Virus genome (UHGV): UHGV-0068444
Strand: one strand, 5' to 3'
Length of the DNA stretch: 39,624 nucleotides
From: a virus
The position numbers were made by a program, and so were the translations under genes. This document shows positions 17,809-27,474 of the stretch, piece after piece; position 1 is the first letter of the stretch; every line of letters starts with the position of its first letter. The notes beneath the pieces were generated by a model, which saw nothing but the letters and a program-made list of their open reading frames with translations, was not told the origin of the DNA and did not search any database.

Positions 17809-18459
17809 TTTTGTTTTTTTGTTGTCTACCATATCAGGCAATGTGAAGGCATATAGAAGAAATACTTCGGTGAAACCAATCATTTCTTGAGCATCTTCTT
17901 TTGAAAATTCTTCATCAGAATGAACTGCTCCATTGGAATCGATTCGAACTATATGTGCCCATTCCCTCATTTGATCTGTAATCAGTCCCTTAGCATGCAA
18001 CATAGAAATCCGTTTAACCAATTTTTCATCTTTTGAGTCATTTCCCAGTAACTCCCGTGTAGCAATGTCCAAGACTTTACGGCAAAGCATAACGGATGTG
18101 TCGAAACGACAGCGCCCTAAGTTGTCTTTTGCTTCTATGAAAGCCATAGCAGCACGTGGCGGAGTGTGTTCGGGGGCGTTAAGGAGGGTGGGTTTCGGGA
18201 TGATATCAATCAACTGGTACTCAGTATTTCCAGGAATGATTACGTTTACATCATTATTTTGCCTAGATTTTGCACGAGGTAAATAACCACCGGGATTATT
18301 CATTTTTACAATAGCAATACCTGATTGAAAACAGCTTCGACAACAAAATGCAATATTAACTAAAGGCCCGGCGTTGATACGCAGTTCTGCCCATCCTTCA
18401 AGGACAGCATTTTCCCTCAGACAATGTGGGCAAGTGATATCGAAAGTGAGAATTCGCAT
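17782..18459 (-). CDS. Hypothetical protein with N-terminal zinc-ribbon (CPHC...CCRSC) and C-terminal helical domain; reverse-strand cargo gene
   Basis: Start MRILTFDITCPHCL after GGAG RBS (ORF extends to 18504); moderately AT-rich; C-terminal region loosely reminiscent of DUF4145-type domains (unverified). Confidence 0.55.
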   Translation of the reverse strand: MRILTFDITCPHCLRENAVLEGWAELRINAGPLVNIAFCCRSCFQSGIAIVKMNNPGGYLPRAKSRQNNDVNVIIPGNTEYQLIDIIPKPTLLNAPEHTPPRAAMAFIEAKDNLGRCRFDTSVMLCRKVLDIATRELLGNDSKDEKLVKRISMLHAKGLITDQMREWAHIVRIDSNGAVHSDEEFSKEDAQEMIGFTEVFLLYAFTLPDMVDNKKTKSISYRATV

Positions 18460-19140
18460 GACTCTACTCCATACATTAAAAGAAATTGAAAATGAATTAC
18501 ACAATGCACAACGACCTGAGTCTACACTCCTTCAACGATATGAAGTATCGAATGAGATTAAAAAAAAGGAGTTTGTAGTCGCTTTGATCGGTAAACTGAT
18601 AGAATTGGACCGCCGTCTCTATGTCACATCATTGAAGCCTTAGTTTCAATTTTACCGATTTATCGCTTAAGGGGTAGGACTTCAACACTACTAAGTGAGC
18701 ATTGCAGCAGGCATTCAGGGGAATGCTGTGACAGTAGTTAGCTAGGGTAAACCGTTTGCGCCTGGGGATTTTACTTTGCGACGGAAAATTAAAAAACTAT
18801 ATGATTTCTTATCCCACTAGGATGTCTGCGGACTACTACTGACTGTTTAGGCTATTACGAGGGGCTCAAACTCAACGTCTGGCATCAACGCAGAACTGAA
18901 AAAGTCGCCATGAATGTGGTTACGGTATTTGGTGGGATATAAACGTACCTTCATTTCTAAGCTTGATAATCACCTTTGTCCGAATTGCCTACGCGATAGT
19001 CATGTAGTTTTAGTCATAACCGTTTACCCTATTGATGTCAAGATAAATTGGATAACACTGATGAATCGAACCTCTAAATCCTTTGATGGGCCACTCATAG
19101 CTGACTGGTTCAAAAAAGTGTTATCAATGGTATGATAAGT

Positions 19141-19170
19141 TGAGATGAAAGGTGTAAATGAACTATAATA
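19141..19170 (+). promoter_or_regulatory. Sigma70-like promoter for the 19205-19854 two-gene cassette
   Basis: -35 TTGAGA (19141-19146), 18-bp spacer, -10 TATAAT (19165-19170). Confidence 0.5.
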
Positions 19171-19204
19171 ATTCAACAGTTAATCTGAGAAAAATGGATT
19201 ATGT

Positions 19205-19474
19205 ATGTCGAATGTAAAAAAAATAGATGCTATAGTTCAAAATTTATTTGAATTCAGAGATGCTACAGGTGAACTTACGGATAAAAATATTGTTTTAATA
19301 CAAAAAATCATAACGAACTTACCTGACTATGCTGGTAAGGATCCATATGAATTTTATTCATCATTTTCTGAAGATATTAATGAGTCGCTCAAAGCAATTG
19401 CCAATTATCATAAGGCACATGCTAAATACATTAATGCCCTCGATAAATTAGCAGAGCTTAGGTCGGAGGGGTAA
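19205..19474 (+). CDS. Small hypothetical soluble protein (89 aa), first gene of an AT-rich cassette
   Basis: Very AT-rich ORF; stop lies 2 nt before the start of the next gene. Confidence 0.55.
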   Translation: MSNVKKIDAIVQNLFEFRDATGELTDKNIVLIQKIITNLPDYAGKDPYEFYSSFSEDINESLKAIANYHKAHAKYINALDKLAELRSEG

Positions 19475-19476
19475 TA

Positions 19477-19854
19477 ATGGCTACGGAAGATATTCAGGCT
19501 TTGTTATCTAAAGTTAATGCGTTAAGATTTGAAGATAAAAGAATAGAGAAGGAAACAGGAGAGATTGAAAATGAAATTCAGGCTCAATTTCTTCGTGATG
19601 GTAAAACAAGGAGTACATTAACCATAACATTTATGAGAGGCTTTTTTGGTCTTATCGTTTTTTCTTTTATATTTGTGATAGCTTATAACTATTGCGCAGT
19701 GCAATGGGTACTTCAATTACAAAGCAAAGGGCTCATGGAGGCTTCTAAAAGTATCGCACTACTTGAGTTAGATAAGGTGTTATCTATTATGGTTAGTGCG
19801 TTAGGAACATCTCTTGGGTTTATAATTGGCTATTATTTTAAAGACAAAAAATAA
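19477..19854 (+). CDS. Hypothetical membrane protein (125 aa): charged helical N-terminus plus two C-terminal TM helices
   Basis: FFGLIVFSFIFVIAYNY and VLSIMVSALGTSLGFIIGYYF hydrophobic segments; followed by a strong terminator. Confidence 0.55.
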   Translation: MATEDIQALLSKVNALRFEDKRIEKETGEIENEIQAQFLRDGKTRSTLTITFMRGFFGLIVFSFIFVIAYNYCAVQWVLQLQSKGLMEASKSIALLELDKVLSIMVSALGTSLGFIIGYYFKDKK

Positions 19855-19930
19855 ATAATTTAATTTTACATTGCTATTTATGTTTTGCTTTTAAGATTTT
19901 TAACTTTCTAGATGTAGAGTTATTGTTAAA

Positions 19931-19958
19931 GCACTGGTATTTGCCAGTGCTTTTTTAT
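19931..19958 (+). terminator. Intrinsic terminator closing the 19205-19854 cassette
   Basis: gcactgg-tatttg-ccagtgc hairpin followed by TTTTTT. Confidence 0.7.
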
Positions 19959-20360
19959 TAAAATCCGCGGATTAATGACGGCAATCATGAATACTCCTCC
20001 AAAGACTGATCCAACGATACGGGTGTATAAGTCACACTTGTTTAATCTGTGATTGATGGCACTATAATTTATGTTGCACAACATAAACTGCCGATGGAGG
20101 GAATTGAGTGCTGAGCATGTCAGACATAAGTGTGTTGTCGAAGGTCTCCTCAGGCATGGTTTCTGCATAACGTCGACACTTGAAAGCCTCCATAATGACA
20201 ATAAAGTATAAGTATTATCATTATTAATTGTCACTTGCCGTTGCGACATGCTTGGGCGGCGACCGCCTAAGTTCTCTTTATAAATGAGAAGTTCCCGCTA
20301 GCGACCGTTTCTGATTCTTTTTTTCTACTAAGTTTGTATCAAATAAACAGGATAATGCCG

Positions 20361-20723
20361 ATGCCAGCACGAGCAAAGCGTCCATGCCGGCACAAGGGCT
20401 GTGCGGCAGTTACCAACGATGCCAGTGGCTATTGTGATCAACACCGACAGCGGCATGCTGGTGATGGCTGGCGTAACTATCAGGCAGGAAAGAGCAGGCA
20501 GGAACGTGGATATGGGCGGACCTGGGAAATTAAACGGGTGCGTATCCTTCAGCGTGATAAGTACCTGTGTCAGAACCATCGCCGGCAGAAGATTGCAAAA
20601 AAGGCGACCAGCGTTGACCACATCATTCCAAAAGCTCATGGCGGTACTGATGACGATTTCAATCTTGAGTCGTTGTGCTGGGACTGCCACAGAGCGAAGA
20701 CGGCAAGAGAGCGTATCCGATGA
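20361..20723 (+). CDS. HNH endonuclease (terminase-associated type)
   Basis: Start MPARAKRPCRHKGC (ORF extends to 20334); Cys pairs CRHKGC...CDQH and C-terminal HIIPKAHGGTDDDFNLESLCWDCH motif; sits just upstream of terminase small subunit. Confidence 0.8.
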   Translation: MPARAKRPCRHKGCAAVTNDASGYCDQHRQRHAGDGWRNYQAGKSRQERGYGRTWEIKRVRILQRDKYLCQNHRRQKIAKKATSVDHIIPKAHGGTDDDFNLESLCWDCHRAKTARERIR

Positions 20724-21058
20724 GTTAGACCCATTGCACATATTTTGGTTCACGGCTCTATACAATAGCTAACTGCCCAAAATAATGGGGTGGTTCATCG
20801 CGCCGCGCCAACCTGCACTGCAGCTATTGTGGGCAGTCAGGGCATAACTCTAGTGCCTGTCCACATAATGAGAGCTGCGGTCGTCGGCGCAGCCTGAATG
20901 ATGACTTCCATCTTGATTGATGCCCACACAGGCCAGGGGAAGGGGGGATCAAATCCCTGACCCCTTTCGCCTTCCAGGACTGCCGCCTGAAGGACATTTT
21001 TATACGCAAGAAATAAGGATCTTTTTTCCGGTAGGTTTTAACTATTAATAGAGGTGTT

Positions 21059-21493
21059 ATGGCTGGTGGAATTCGATCATCAGGCGGAGGGCGAAAGCCC
21101 GTTTTACCTTCAGGACAAAAAAGCAAACTGACCAGAATCGCACCTCCCGCTGAGTTAATGGGGGAGAATGCAATAAGACTGTGGAAAACCCAAAGTAAAA
21201 TTCTGATCGAAAGAGGCGTGTTTGAACTGGAGGATGCGCCCCTGCTTCTGGCTTACTGCAATGCCTTCCATTTAATGCTTGAAGCTGAAAAATTGCTCTC
21301 GTCAAGCCTGACGACCGAAAGTGAAATGGGGGGATTAAAGAAACATCCCGCCGTTAACATCAGAAATGATTCTGTTTCCCAGATAGCCCGTCTTGGCTCG
21401 CTTCTGGGGTTGGATCCACTCAGCCGAATTAGGATGCGTGGCAGTGGAAATGATCCGGACGACGACGGGAATGAATTTGATGAGTTTGACTGA
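21059..21493 (+). CDS. Terminase small subunit (P27-like family)
   Basis: 144 aa; position immediately upstream of and overlapping the large-subunit start; acidic C-terminus. Confidence 0.65.
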   Translation: MAGGIRSSGGGRKPVLPSGQKSKLTRIAPPAELMGENAIRLWKTQSKILIERGVFELEDAPLLLAYCNAFHLMLEAEKLLSSSLTTESEMGGLKKHPAVNIRNDSVSQIARLGSLLGLDPLSRIRMRGSGNDPDDDGNEFDEFD

Positions 21494-23214
21494 TGGCTAC
21501 ATATCCGAACGTCAATGCAGCGAACCAGTATGCAAGAGATGTTGTTGGCGGGAAGATCCTTGCTTGTCAGTTAACTGTGCTTGCCTGTCAAAGACACCTT
21601 GATGATTTGGAACGTGCGAAGGATCCTGCCTGGCCTTACCGGTTTGATAAAAACAAGGCCGAGCGATTTTTGCGCTTTGCTCAGAAGATGCCTCATACGG
21701 CCGGTGAATGGGCCAGGAAGAAACTACGAATAGAATTTGAGCCCTGGCAAAAGTTTGCCCTTGGTGTGCCATTTGGATGGGTTAATAAGAAGTCCGGATT
21801 CCGGCGTTTTTCTGAAATATATATTGAGGTGCCCAGGAAAAATGGGAAATCCGCAATTGCAGCTGCCGTTGGTAATTATATGTTTTGCGCCGATGGTGAA
21901 CATGGTGCAGAAGTGTACTGTGGCGCCACTACTGAAAAACAAGCCTGGAAAGTCTTCTCTCCCGCTCTACAAATGGTAAAAAAACTCCCGGCATTGCGAC
22001 AAAAATACTCAGTCAAACCCTGGGCGAAGAAAATGACCCGTCCGGATGGCTCTGTTTTTGCGCCAGTCATCGGCGATCCTGGTGACGGCGATTCCCCTTC
22101 ATGTGCAATTATTGATGAATATCACGAGCATCAGACTGATGCACTTTATACAACGATGACTACCGGGATGGGGGCAAGGGAGCAGCCTGTTACTCTGATT
22201 ATTACTACAGCGGGTTATGACATTACTTCGCCCTGTTACGAGAAGCGTGTGCAGATAGTGGAAATTCTCCGCCGTAACCGGACAGGAGAAGAAAACGAGA
22301 CAATATTTGGCATTATATACGGTCTGGATGACGATGATGACTGGACCAGGCCCGAAGCGCTGATTAAAGCAAATCCCAACTTTGGTGTTTCTGTTAAAGA
22401 GCATTTTCTTCGGGCGAAGCAGTTACTGGGAATATCCAATCCCAGCCAGACTAACAAAATTCTGACCAAGCACTTTAACCGGTGGGTAAGTGCAAAAACG
22501 GTTTTTTATGACCTGCAAAGATGGATGGCTGCTGCGGATAAAAACCTTAAATTATCTGATTTTGTTGATGAGGATTGCTGGCTGGGTATTGATCTGGCCT
22601 CGAAAGTAGACCTGAATGCCGTAGTGCCAGTGTTCAGGAGAGAGGTTGCTGGTATAACCCATTTTTACTGTGTGGGGCCGCTGTTCTGGGCGCCTGAAGA
22701 TACAATTTATTCACCAGATCCCACGCTGAAAACCATTTCTGAACGTTACCAGTCATTTGTGAAACAGGGGGTATTGATACCTACTGAAGGGGCTGAGGTG
22801 GATTATCGGTTAATTTTTGAGTCAATTCTTCAGTTACGCCAGCAGGTTAAAATTGTCCAGTGCCCGATAGATCCTTACGGGGCAACATCATTGCGCCATC
22901 TGCTTGAAGAGGAGGGGCTGGAATCCGTTGAGATCAGGCAAAATTTTACACATATGAGTGATCCAATGCGTGAAATTGAGGCGGCGCTGGCATCAGGACG
23001 CTTTCATCATGACGGTAACCCTATCATGAACTGGTGCATCCAGAATGTTATAGGGCGTTACTTACCAGGAAGCGATGACATTGTTCGCCCAGGGAAGGAG
23101 AGAAAGCAAAACAAAATAGATGGCGCGGTAGGACTAATGATGGGAGTCGGGCGAGCCATGCTGAACGGAACTGTCAGTAAATCGGCTTATGATGAGGAAG
23201 ATATTACATGTTGA
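21493..23214 (+). CDS. Terminase large subunit
   Basis: 573 aa; ATPase-like N-terminal region and nuclease-like C-terminal region (WLGIDLASKVDLNAVV); follows the small subunit, precedes portal. Confidence 0.9.
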   Translation: MATYPNVNAANQYARDVVGGKILACQLTVLACQRHLDDLERAKDPAWPYRFDKNKAERFLRFAQKMPHTAGEWARKKLRIEFEPWQKFALGVPFGWVNKKSGFRRFSEIYIEVPRKNGKSAIAAAVGNYMFCADGEHGAEVYCGATTEKQAWKVFSPALQMVKKLPALRQKYSVKPWAKKMTRPDGSVFAPVIGDPGDGDSPSCAIIDEYHEHQTDALYTTMTTGMGAREQPVTLIITTAGYDITSPCYEKRVQIVEILRRNRTGEENETIFGIIYGLDDDDDWTRPEALIKANPNFGVSVKEHFLRAKQLLGISNPSQTNKILTKHFNRWVSAKTVFYDLQRWMAAADKNLKLSDFVDEDCWLGIDLASKVDLNAVVPVFRREVAGITHFYCVGPLFWAPEDTIYSPDPTLKTISERYQSFVKQGVLIPTEGAEVDYRLIFESILQLRQQVKIVQCPIDPYGATSLRHLLEEEGLESVEIRQNFTHMSDPMREIEAALASGRFHHDGNPIMNWCIQNVIGRYLPGSDDIVRPGKERKQNKIDGAVGLMMGVGRAMLNGTVSKSAYDEEDITC

Positions 23215-23387
23215 TCACTCTTTTAAGTTTTATTATCGGCCTCGCCGGAGCCGGGTTAGTGTCTGCCGGTGCCTGGCTTATTTCACCTGCAGCCGGGCTT
23301 ATTACTGGCGGTTCAATCTGCCTGCTGTGGTCATTTTTAATCGCGAAATCGATGTCCGCCAGCGTAATTAAATCAGGGGGTGAATAA
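23208..23387 (+). CDS. Small hydrophobic protein (59 aa) between terminase and portal
   Basis: Hand-translated MLITLLSFIIGLAGAGLVSAGAWLISPAAGLITGGSICLLWSFLIAKSMSASVIKSGGE; start overlaps the terminase stop, stop overlaps the portal start. Confidence 0.45.
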   Translation: MLITLLSFIIGLAGAGLVSAGAWLISPAAGLITGGSICLLWSFLIAKSMSASVIKSGGE

Positions 23388-24646
23388 TGTTCATTCCCCA
23401 GATGTTTCGGGGTAAATCTCAGTCTGGTGGTGGTTTCTGGCAGGCGATGCTGGGTGGGGTGAGTTCCAGCCAGAGCAAGGCGGGGATCATTATCACTCCT
23501 GAAACCGCACTGGCGTTATCGGCGGTCCGGGCATGCGTAACGCTTCTGGCAGAATCGGTGGCGCAGTTGCCGTGTGAACTTTACAGGCGAGGCGCTAACG
23601 GAGGCCGTGAACGGGCGACTGACCACCCTGTTTATGATCTGATTCATTCCCAGCCCAACAAAAAAGACACCTCGTTTGAATACTTTGAGCAGCAACAGGG
23701 CCTGCTCGGGCTGGAGGGAAATTGCTACTCGATCATCGACAGGGACGGGAAAGGGTATCCCCGCGAATTAATCCCGGTTAATCCCAAAAAAGTCATCGTC
23801 CTGAAAGGGCCTGACGGGATGCCCTATTATGAACTCCCCGAAATTGGCGAAACGTTGCCAATGCGCATGATGCATCATGTGAAGGTTTTCTCGCTGGATG
23901 GTTATATCGGTAGCTCTCCGATCCAGACGAACGCAGACGTTCTTGGGCTGAACCTGGCCGTTGAAGAGCATGCTTCTCAGGTTTTTCGCCGTGGCACAAC
24001 GATGAGCGGCGTTATTGAGCGACCAAAGGAGGCTCCGACAATAAAGAACCAGGAGAAGATTGACCAACTTCTTGCTAAATGGACGGATCGTTATTCCGGT
24101 ATGCGTAATGCCTTTTCTGTCGCATTGCTTCAGGAAGGGATGAGCTACAAACAGCTATCTCAGGATAATGAGAAAGCGCAGCTGTTGCAGTCCCGCCAGT
24201 GGGGCGTGGAGGAAGTTTGCCGACTCTATAAAATCCCGCCTCATATGGTGCAGATGCTGGCGAAAGCCACAAATAACAACATTGAGCATCAGGGGCTGCA
24301 GTTCGTCATGTATACGCTTTTAGCCTGGCTGAAACGCCATGAAGGCGCATTAATGCGCGATCTGCTTTTACCCAGCGAGCGCGGTAGTCTGTACATTGAA
24401 TTCAATGTATCCGGCCTGCTGCGCGGGGATCAGAAGTCACGCTATGAATCTTATGCGCTGGGCCGTCAGTGGGGCTGGTTATCGGTTAATGACATTCGCC
24501 GCATGGAGAACCTTCCTCCCATCGCCGGTGGGGACAAATACCTGACGCCTCTGAATATGGTCGACAGTAAACAAATCTTACCTGGCAATAACGCGCCAAC
24601 AGCTAAACAACTGGCAGAAATCGAAACTATTCTGGCCAGAGCCTGA
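23387..24646 (+). CDS. Portal protein (HK97-like family)
   Basis: 419 aa; position after terminase large subunit and before the prohead protease. Confidence 0.85.
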   Translation: MFIPQMFRGKSQSGGGFWQAMLGGVSSSQSKAGIIITPETALALSAVRACVTLLAESVAQLPCELYRRGANGGRERATDHPVYDLIHSQPNKKDTSFEYFEQQQGLLGLEGNCYSIIDRDGKGYPRELIPVNPKKVIVLKGPDGMPYYELPEIGETLPMRMMHHVKVFSLDGYIGSSPIQTNADVLGLNLAVEEHASQVFRRGTTMSGVIERPKEAPTIKNQEKIDQLLAKWTDRYSGMRNAFSVALLQEGMSYKQLSQDNEKAQLLQSRQWGVEEVCRLYKIPPHMVQMLAKATNNNIEHQGLQFVMYTLLAWLKRHEGALMRDLLLPSERGSLYIEFNVSGLLRGDQKSRYESYALGRQWGWLSVNDIRRMENLPPIAGGDKYLTPLNMVDSKQILPGNNAPTAKQLAEIETILARA

Positions 24647-24658
24647 TTATTCCCCGCT

Positions 24659-25603
24659 ATGCGGGCTGACCTGGTATATCTCATGACAACAAAATTACTT
24701 AACCTGCCGCACCTCGCAGAAATGGTCTTCGGTGTGCCTCATTACGCAACACAACAGACGATGGACGCCGTGAAGGCGGTATTGCTTCCCCGTATTCAGG
24801 GAACGGTGACGGATCCGGTCATTACGATGGCGCTAAATCCGGATGATTCGCCATCCCCGGAAGAGCTTCAGCCAGCCGGTGGTATCGCGGTTATTCCCGT
24901 TCACGGGATTCTGGTCCCCCGGCGCGGGCAAATTACAGCGATGTGTACCGAACTGACAAGCTATGAGCGAATCCGCAGCCAGCTGCATTCGGCATTAAAT
25001 GACCCATCCATCAGTGAAATCGTTCTGGATATTAATTCAGGCGGCGGTTTAGCGCCCGGGTGCAAAGAGCTGGCTGATTATATTTATCAGTCGCGAGAAA
25101 TGAAACCGATCACCGCTATTGTGAACTTTAATGCCTTCTCTGCCGCGTATTTTATCGCGTCGGCCTGCAGCAAGATTGTCGCCAGTCAGACCAGTGGCGT
25201 TGGCTCTATCGGGGTGATCATGGAGCACCTTGATACGTCAAAGCTGGAAGAGATCATGGGCGTAAAATTTACTGCACTCTACCGGGGAGATAACAAGAAT
25301 AATGGCACGTCACATGCCGCGTTGAGTGAATCGGCTCTGACGATGTTCAACAAAATGCTCGACGACATGTACGAGACATTTACCTCCTCAGTGGCTGAGT
25401 ATCGTGGTCTTAAACAGCAGGCAGTGACAGATACCCAGGCGGGAATCTACTTCGGCGCTGATGCTATTTCTGCTGGTCTTGCTGATGAAGTTTCGGATCC
25501 TCAGTCTGCGATTAATGCCATTGCGGCAAAGTACAAACAACCTTCACAAACCACTTCCATAAAGCTGCAGGCAGCCGCGATGGACCTGCAAACCAGAATG
25601 TAA
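24659..25603 (+). CDS. Prohead protease, S49 (SppA/ClpP-like) family
   Basis: 314 aa; DINSGGG...IVNFNAFSAAYFIASACSKIVASQTSGVGSIGV resembles the S49 active-site region; between portal and capsid. Confidence 0.75.
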   Translation: MRADLVYLMTTKLLNLPHLAEMVFGVPHYATQQTMDAVKAVLLPRIQGTVTDPVITMALNPDDSPSPEELQPAGGIAVIPVHGILVPRRGQITAMCTELTSYERIRSQLHSALNDPSISEIVLDINSGGGLAPGCKELADYIYQSREMKPITAIVNFNAFSAAYFIASACSKIVASQTSGVGSIGVIMEHLDTSKLEEIMGVKFTALYRGDNKNNGTSHAALSESALTMFNKMLDDMYETFTSSVAEYRGLKQQAVTDTQAGIYFGADAISAGLADEVSDPQSAINAIAAKYKQPSQTTSIKLQAAAMDLQTRM

Positions 25604-25678
25604 CCCGGCGCTCACGCGTCATTACCACCAGAAAGCAGCCTTAGTGCTGTTTTTTTATACCTGAAAAGAGAGAAAACT

Positions 25679-26962
25679 ATGCCACAGATTGAAGAATTAC
25701 GTCGTCAGCGTGCGGGTATTAATGAGCAGGTTCAGGCCCTGGCCACGATTGAAACTACCGGTGGAACGCTGACAGCGGAGCAGTTAACCGAATTTGCCAG
25801 CATGCAGCAGCAGTTCACGGATATCAGCGCCAAAATTGAGCGTCTGGAAGCGGCTGAACGTGCCGCGGCGCTTGTTGCCACACCGGTTAGAGGCACACAG
25901 CAGGCTCCTGGTGTCATCGTTAAGGCGGAGCCAAAGCAATATACCGGGGCAGGCATGACCCGTCTGGTGATGTCGATTGCAGCAGCGGAGGGTAACATCC
26001 AGGAGGCTGCAAAATTTGCGGCGGAAGAACTGAATGACCCGTCTGTCTCGATGGCCATCAGCACTGCCGCTGCGTCAGGCGGCGTTCTTATTCCGCAAAA
26101 CCTTCACAGCGAAGTGATTGAGCTACTGCGCGATCGTACCATCGTTCGTAAGCTGGGCGCGCGCTCCATTCCGCTGCCGAACGGCAATATGGCGCTGCCG
26201 CGTCTGGCCGGTGGAGCGACGGCGAACTATACCGGGGAAGGTAAGGATGCGAAAACATCAGAAGCGCGCTTTGACGATGTGAAACTCACTGCGAAAACCA
26301 TGATTGCGATGGTGCCCATCTCAAATCAGCTCATTGGCCGCGCAGGTTTTAACGTTGAACAACTGGTATTGCAGGATATTCTGACGGCGATTTCTGTTCG
26401 CGAAGATAAAGCTTTTCTGCGTGATGATGGTACCGGTGATACGCCGATCGGTATGAAAGCGCGTGCAACGGAGTGGAATCGCCTTAAACAATGGGCTGGC
26501 GCAGATTTATCCCTGAATTCTATTGATGCATACCTGGATGACATCATCCTGATGGCTATGGACGGGAACAGCAACATGATCAGCTGCGGCTGGGGCATGT
26601 CGAACCGGACCTACATGAAACTGTTCGGGCTGCGCGACGGTAACGGCAACAAGGTTTACCCGGAAATGGCCCTGGGGCTGCTGAAGGGATATCCGGTTCA
26701 GCGCACCAGCGCTATCCCGGCAAACCTCGGTGACACCGGCAAAGAGTCAGAAATTTACTTCGCTGACTTCAATGATGTGGTTATCGGTGAAGACGGCAGC
26801 ATGAAAGTGGCATTCTCTCAGCAAGCCGCCTACCAGGACGGGGACGGCAATATGGTTTCCGCGTTCTCCCGTAACCAGTCATTGATCCGTGTGGTGACTG
26901 AGCACGATATCGGCTTCCGTCATCCGGAAGGTCTTGTACTCGGGACAAAAGTGCTGTTTTAA
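25679..26962 (+). CDS. Major capsid protein (HK97-fold) with N-terminal coiled-coil delta/scaffold domain
   Basis: 427 aa; coiled-coil N-terminus (MPQIEELRRQRAGINEQVQAL...ERLEAAERAAAL); downstream of the protease. Confidence 0.8.
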   Translation: MPQIEELRRQRAGINEQVQALATIETTGGTLTAEQLTEFASMQQQFTDISAKIERLEAAERAAALVATPVRGTQQAPGVIVKAEPKQYTGAGMTRLVMSIAAAEGNIQEAAKFAAEELNDPSVSMAISTAAASGGVLIPQNLHSEVIELLRDRTIVRKLGARSIPLPNGNMALPRLAGGATANYTGEGKDAKTSEARFDDVKLTAKTMIAMVPISNQLIGRAGFNVEQLVLQDILTAISVREDKAFLRDDGTGDTPIGMKARATEWNRLKQWAGADLSLNSIDAYLDDIILMAMDGNSNMISCGWGMSNRTYMKLFGLRDGNGNKVYPEMALGLLKGYPVQRTSAIPANLGDTGKESEIYFADFNDVVIGEDGSMKVAFSQQAAYQDGDGNMVSAFSRNQSLIRVVTEHDIGFRHPEGLVLGTKVLF

Positions 26963-26972
26963 CCGGTCCTGC

Positions 26973-27000
26973 ACGCTGTGCGACCACGGTCGCACAGCGT
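26973..27000 (+). terminator. Long perfect hairpin immediately after the capsid gene (no U-tract)
   Basis: acgctgtgcgac-cacg-gtcgcacagcgt, a 12-bp perfect stem; likely partial terminator or RNA-stability element. Confidence 0.4.
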
Positions 27001-27060
27001 AAAAAGCACGTAATCCCCCAGGCCCGCAGCAGCGGGTTTTTTCTTTTCAGGAGCAAAACG

Positions 27061-27474
27061 ATGACAACGAAAGCGAAAAAAGAAGCGGCGGCGGGCGGCG
27101 CCCGTGGTGGGGAAAAACAAGGAGGCCATACCGCGGCAGCCGTTGATGTGAAAAAGCAGGATGACCTGCCGACGGAACATACGGTGGACGGGGATGGCGG
27201 CCAGAATACTGCCGCTGGTTCAGGTAATGACGGTGTTGATCTGACCGGAAGTGAAACAAACGGGGCCGCGGGCCTGACGGGAGCAGAAGTGATGCGGAAA
27301 GCGGTTTTTTTCCTGGGACCATACCATCGTTATTCACGCGGTGATACGGCCTGTTTTGATGCTGAGTACGCAGAGGAACTGGTTGAACGCCATATCGCGG
27401 TATGGCCAAAAGATGCGAAAAAGGCGATGAGTCCCCGCAAGGGAGCCGATAACCATGATACTGAAATTGGATGA
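27061..27474 (+). CDS. Hypothetical head-associated protein with Gly/Ala-rich N-terminus
   Basis: 137-aa ORF between capsid and connector genes. Confidence 0.45.
   Translation: MTTKAKKEAAAGGARGGEKQGGHTAAAVDVKKQDDLPTEHTVDGDGGQNTAAGSGNDGVDLTGSETNGAAGLTGAEVMRKAVFFLGPYHRYSRGDTACFDAEYAEELVERHIAVWPKDAKKAMSPRKGADNHDTEIG

Noticed and set aside
18914-19135. 73-aa plus-strand ORF in the AT-rich spacer
   Set aside because: No RBS, overlaps the predicted promoter of the downstream cassette, likely chance ORF in AT-rich DNA.
19926-20249. 107-aa minus-strand ORF, and an alternative 43-aa acidic ORF (20062-20193, MEAFKCRRYAETMPEE...)
   Set aside because: The long ORF translates to non-protein-like sequence; the short ORF looks more plausible but has no recognisable RBS, so neither is called.
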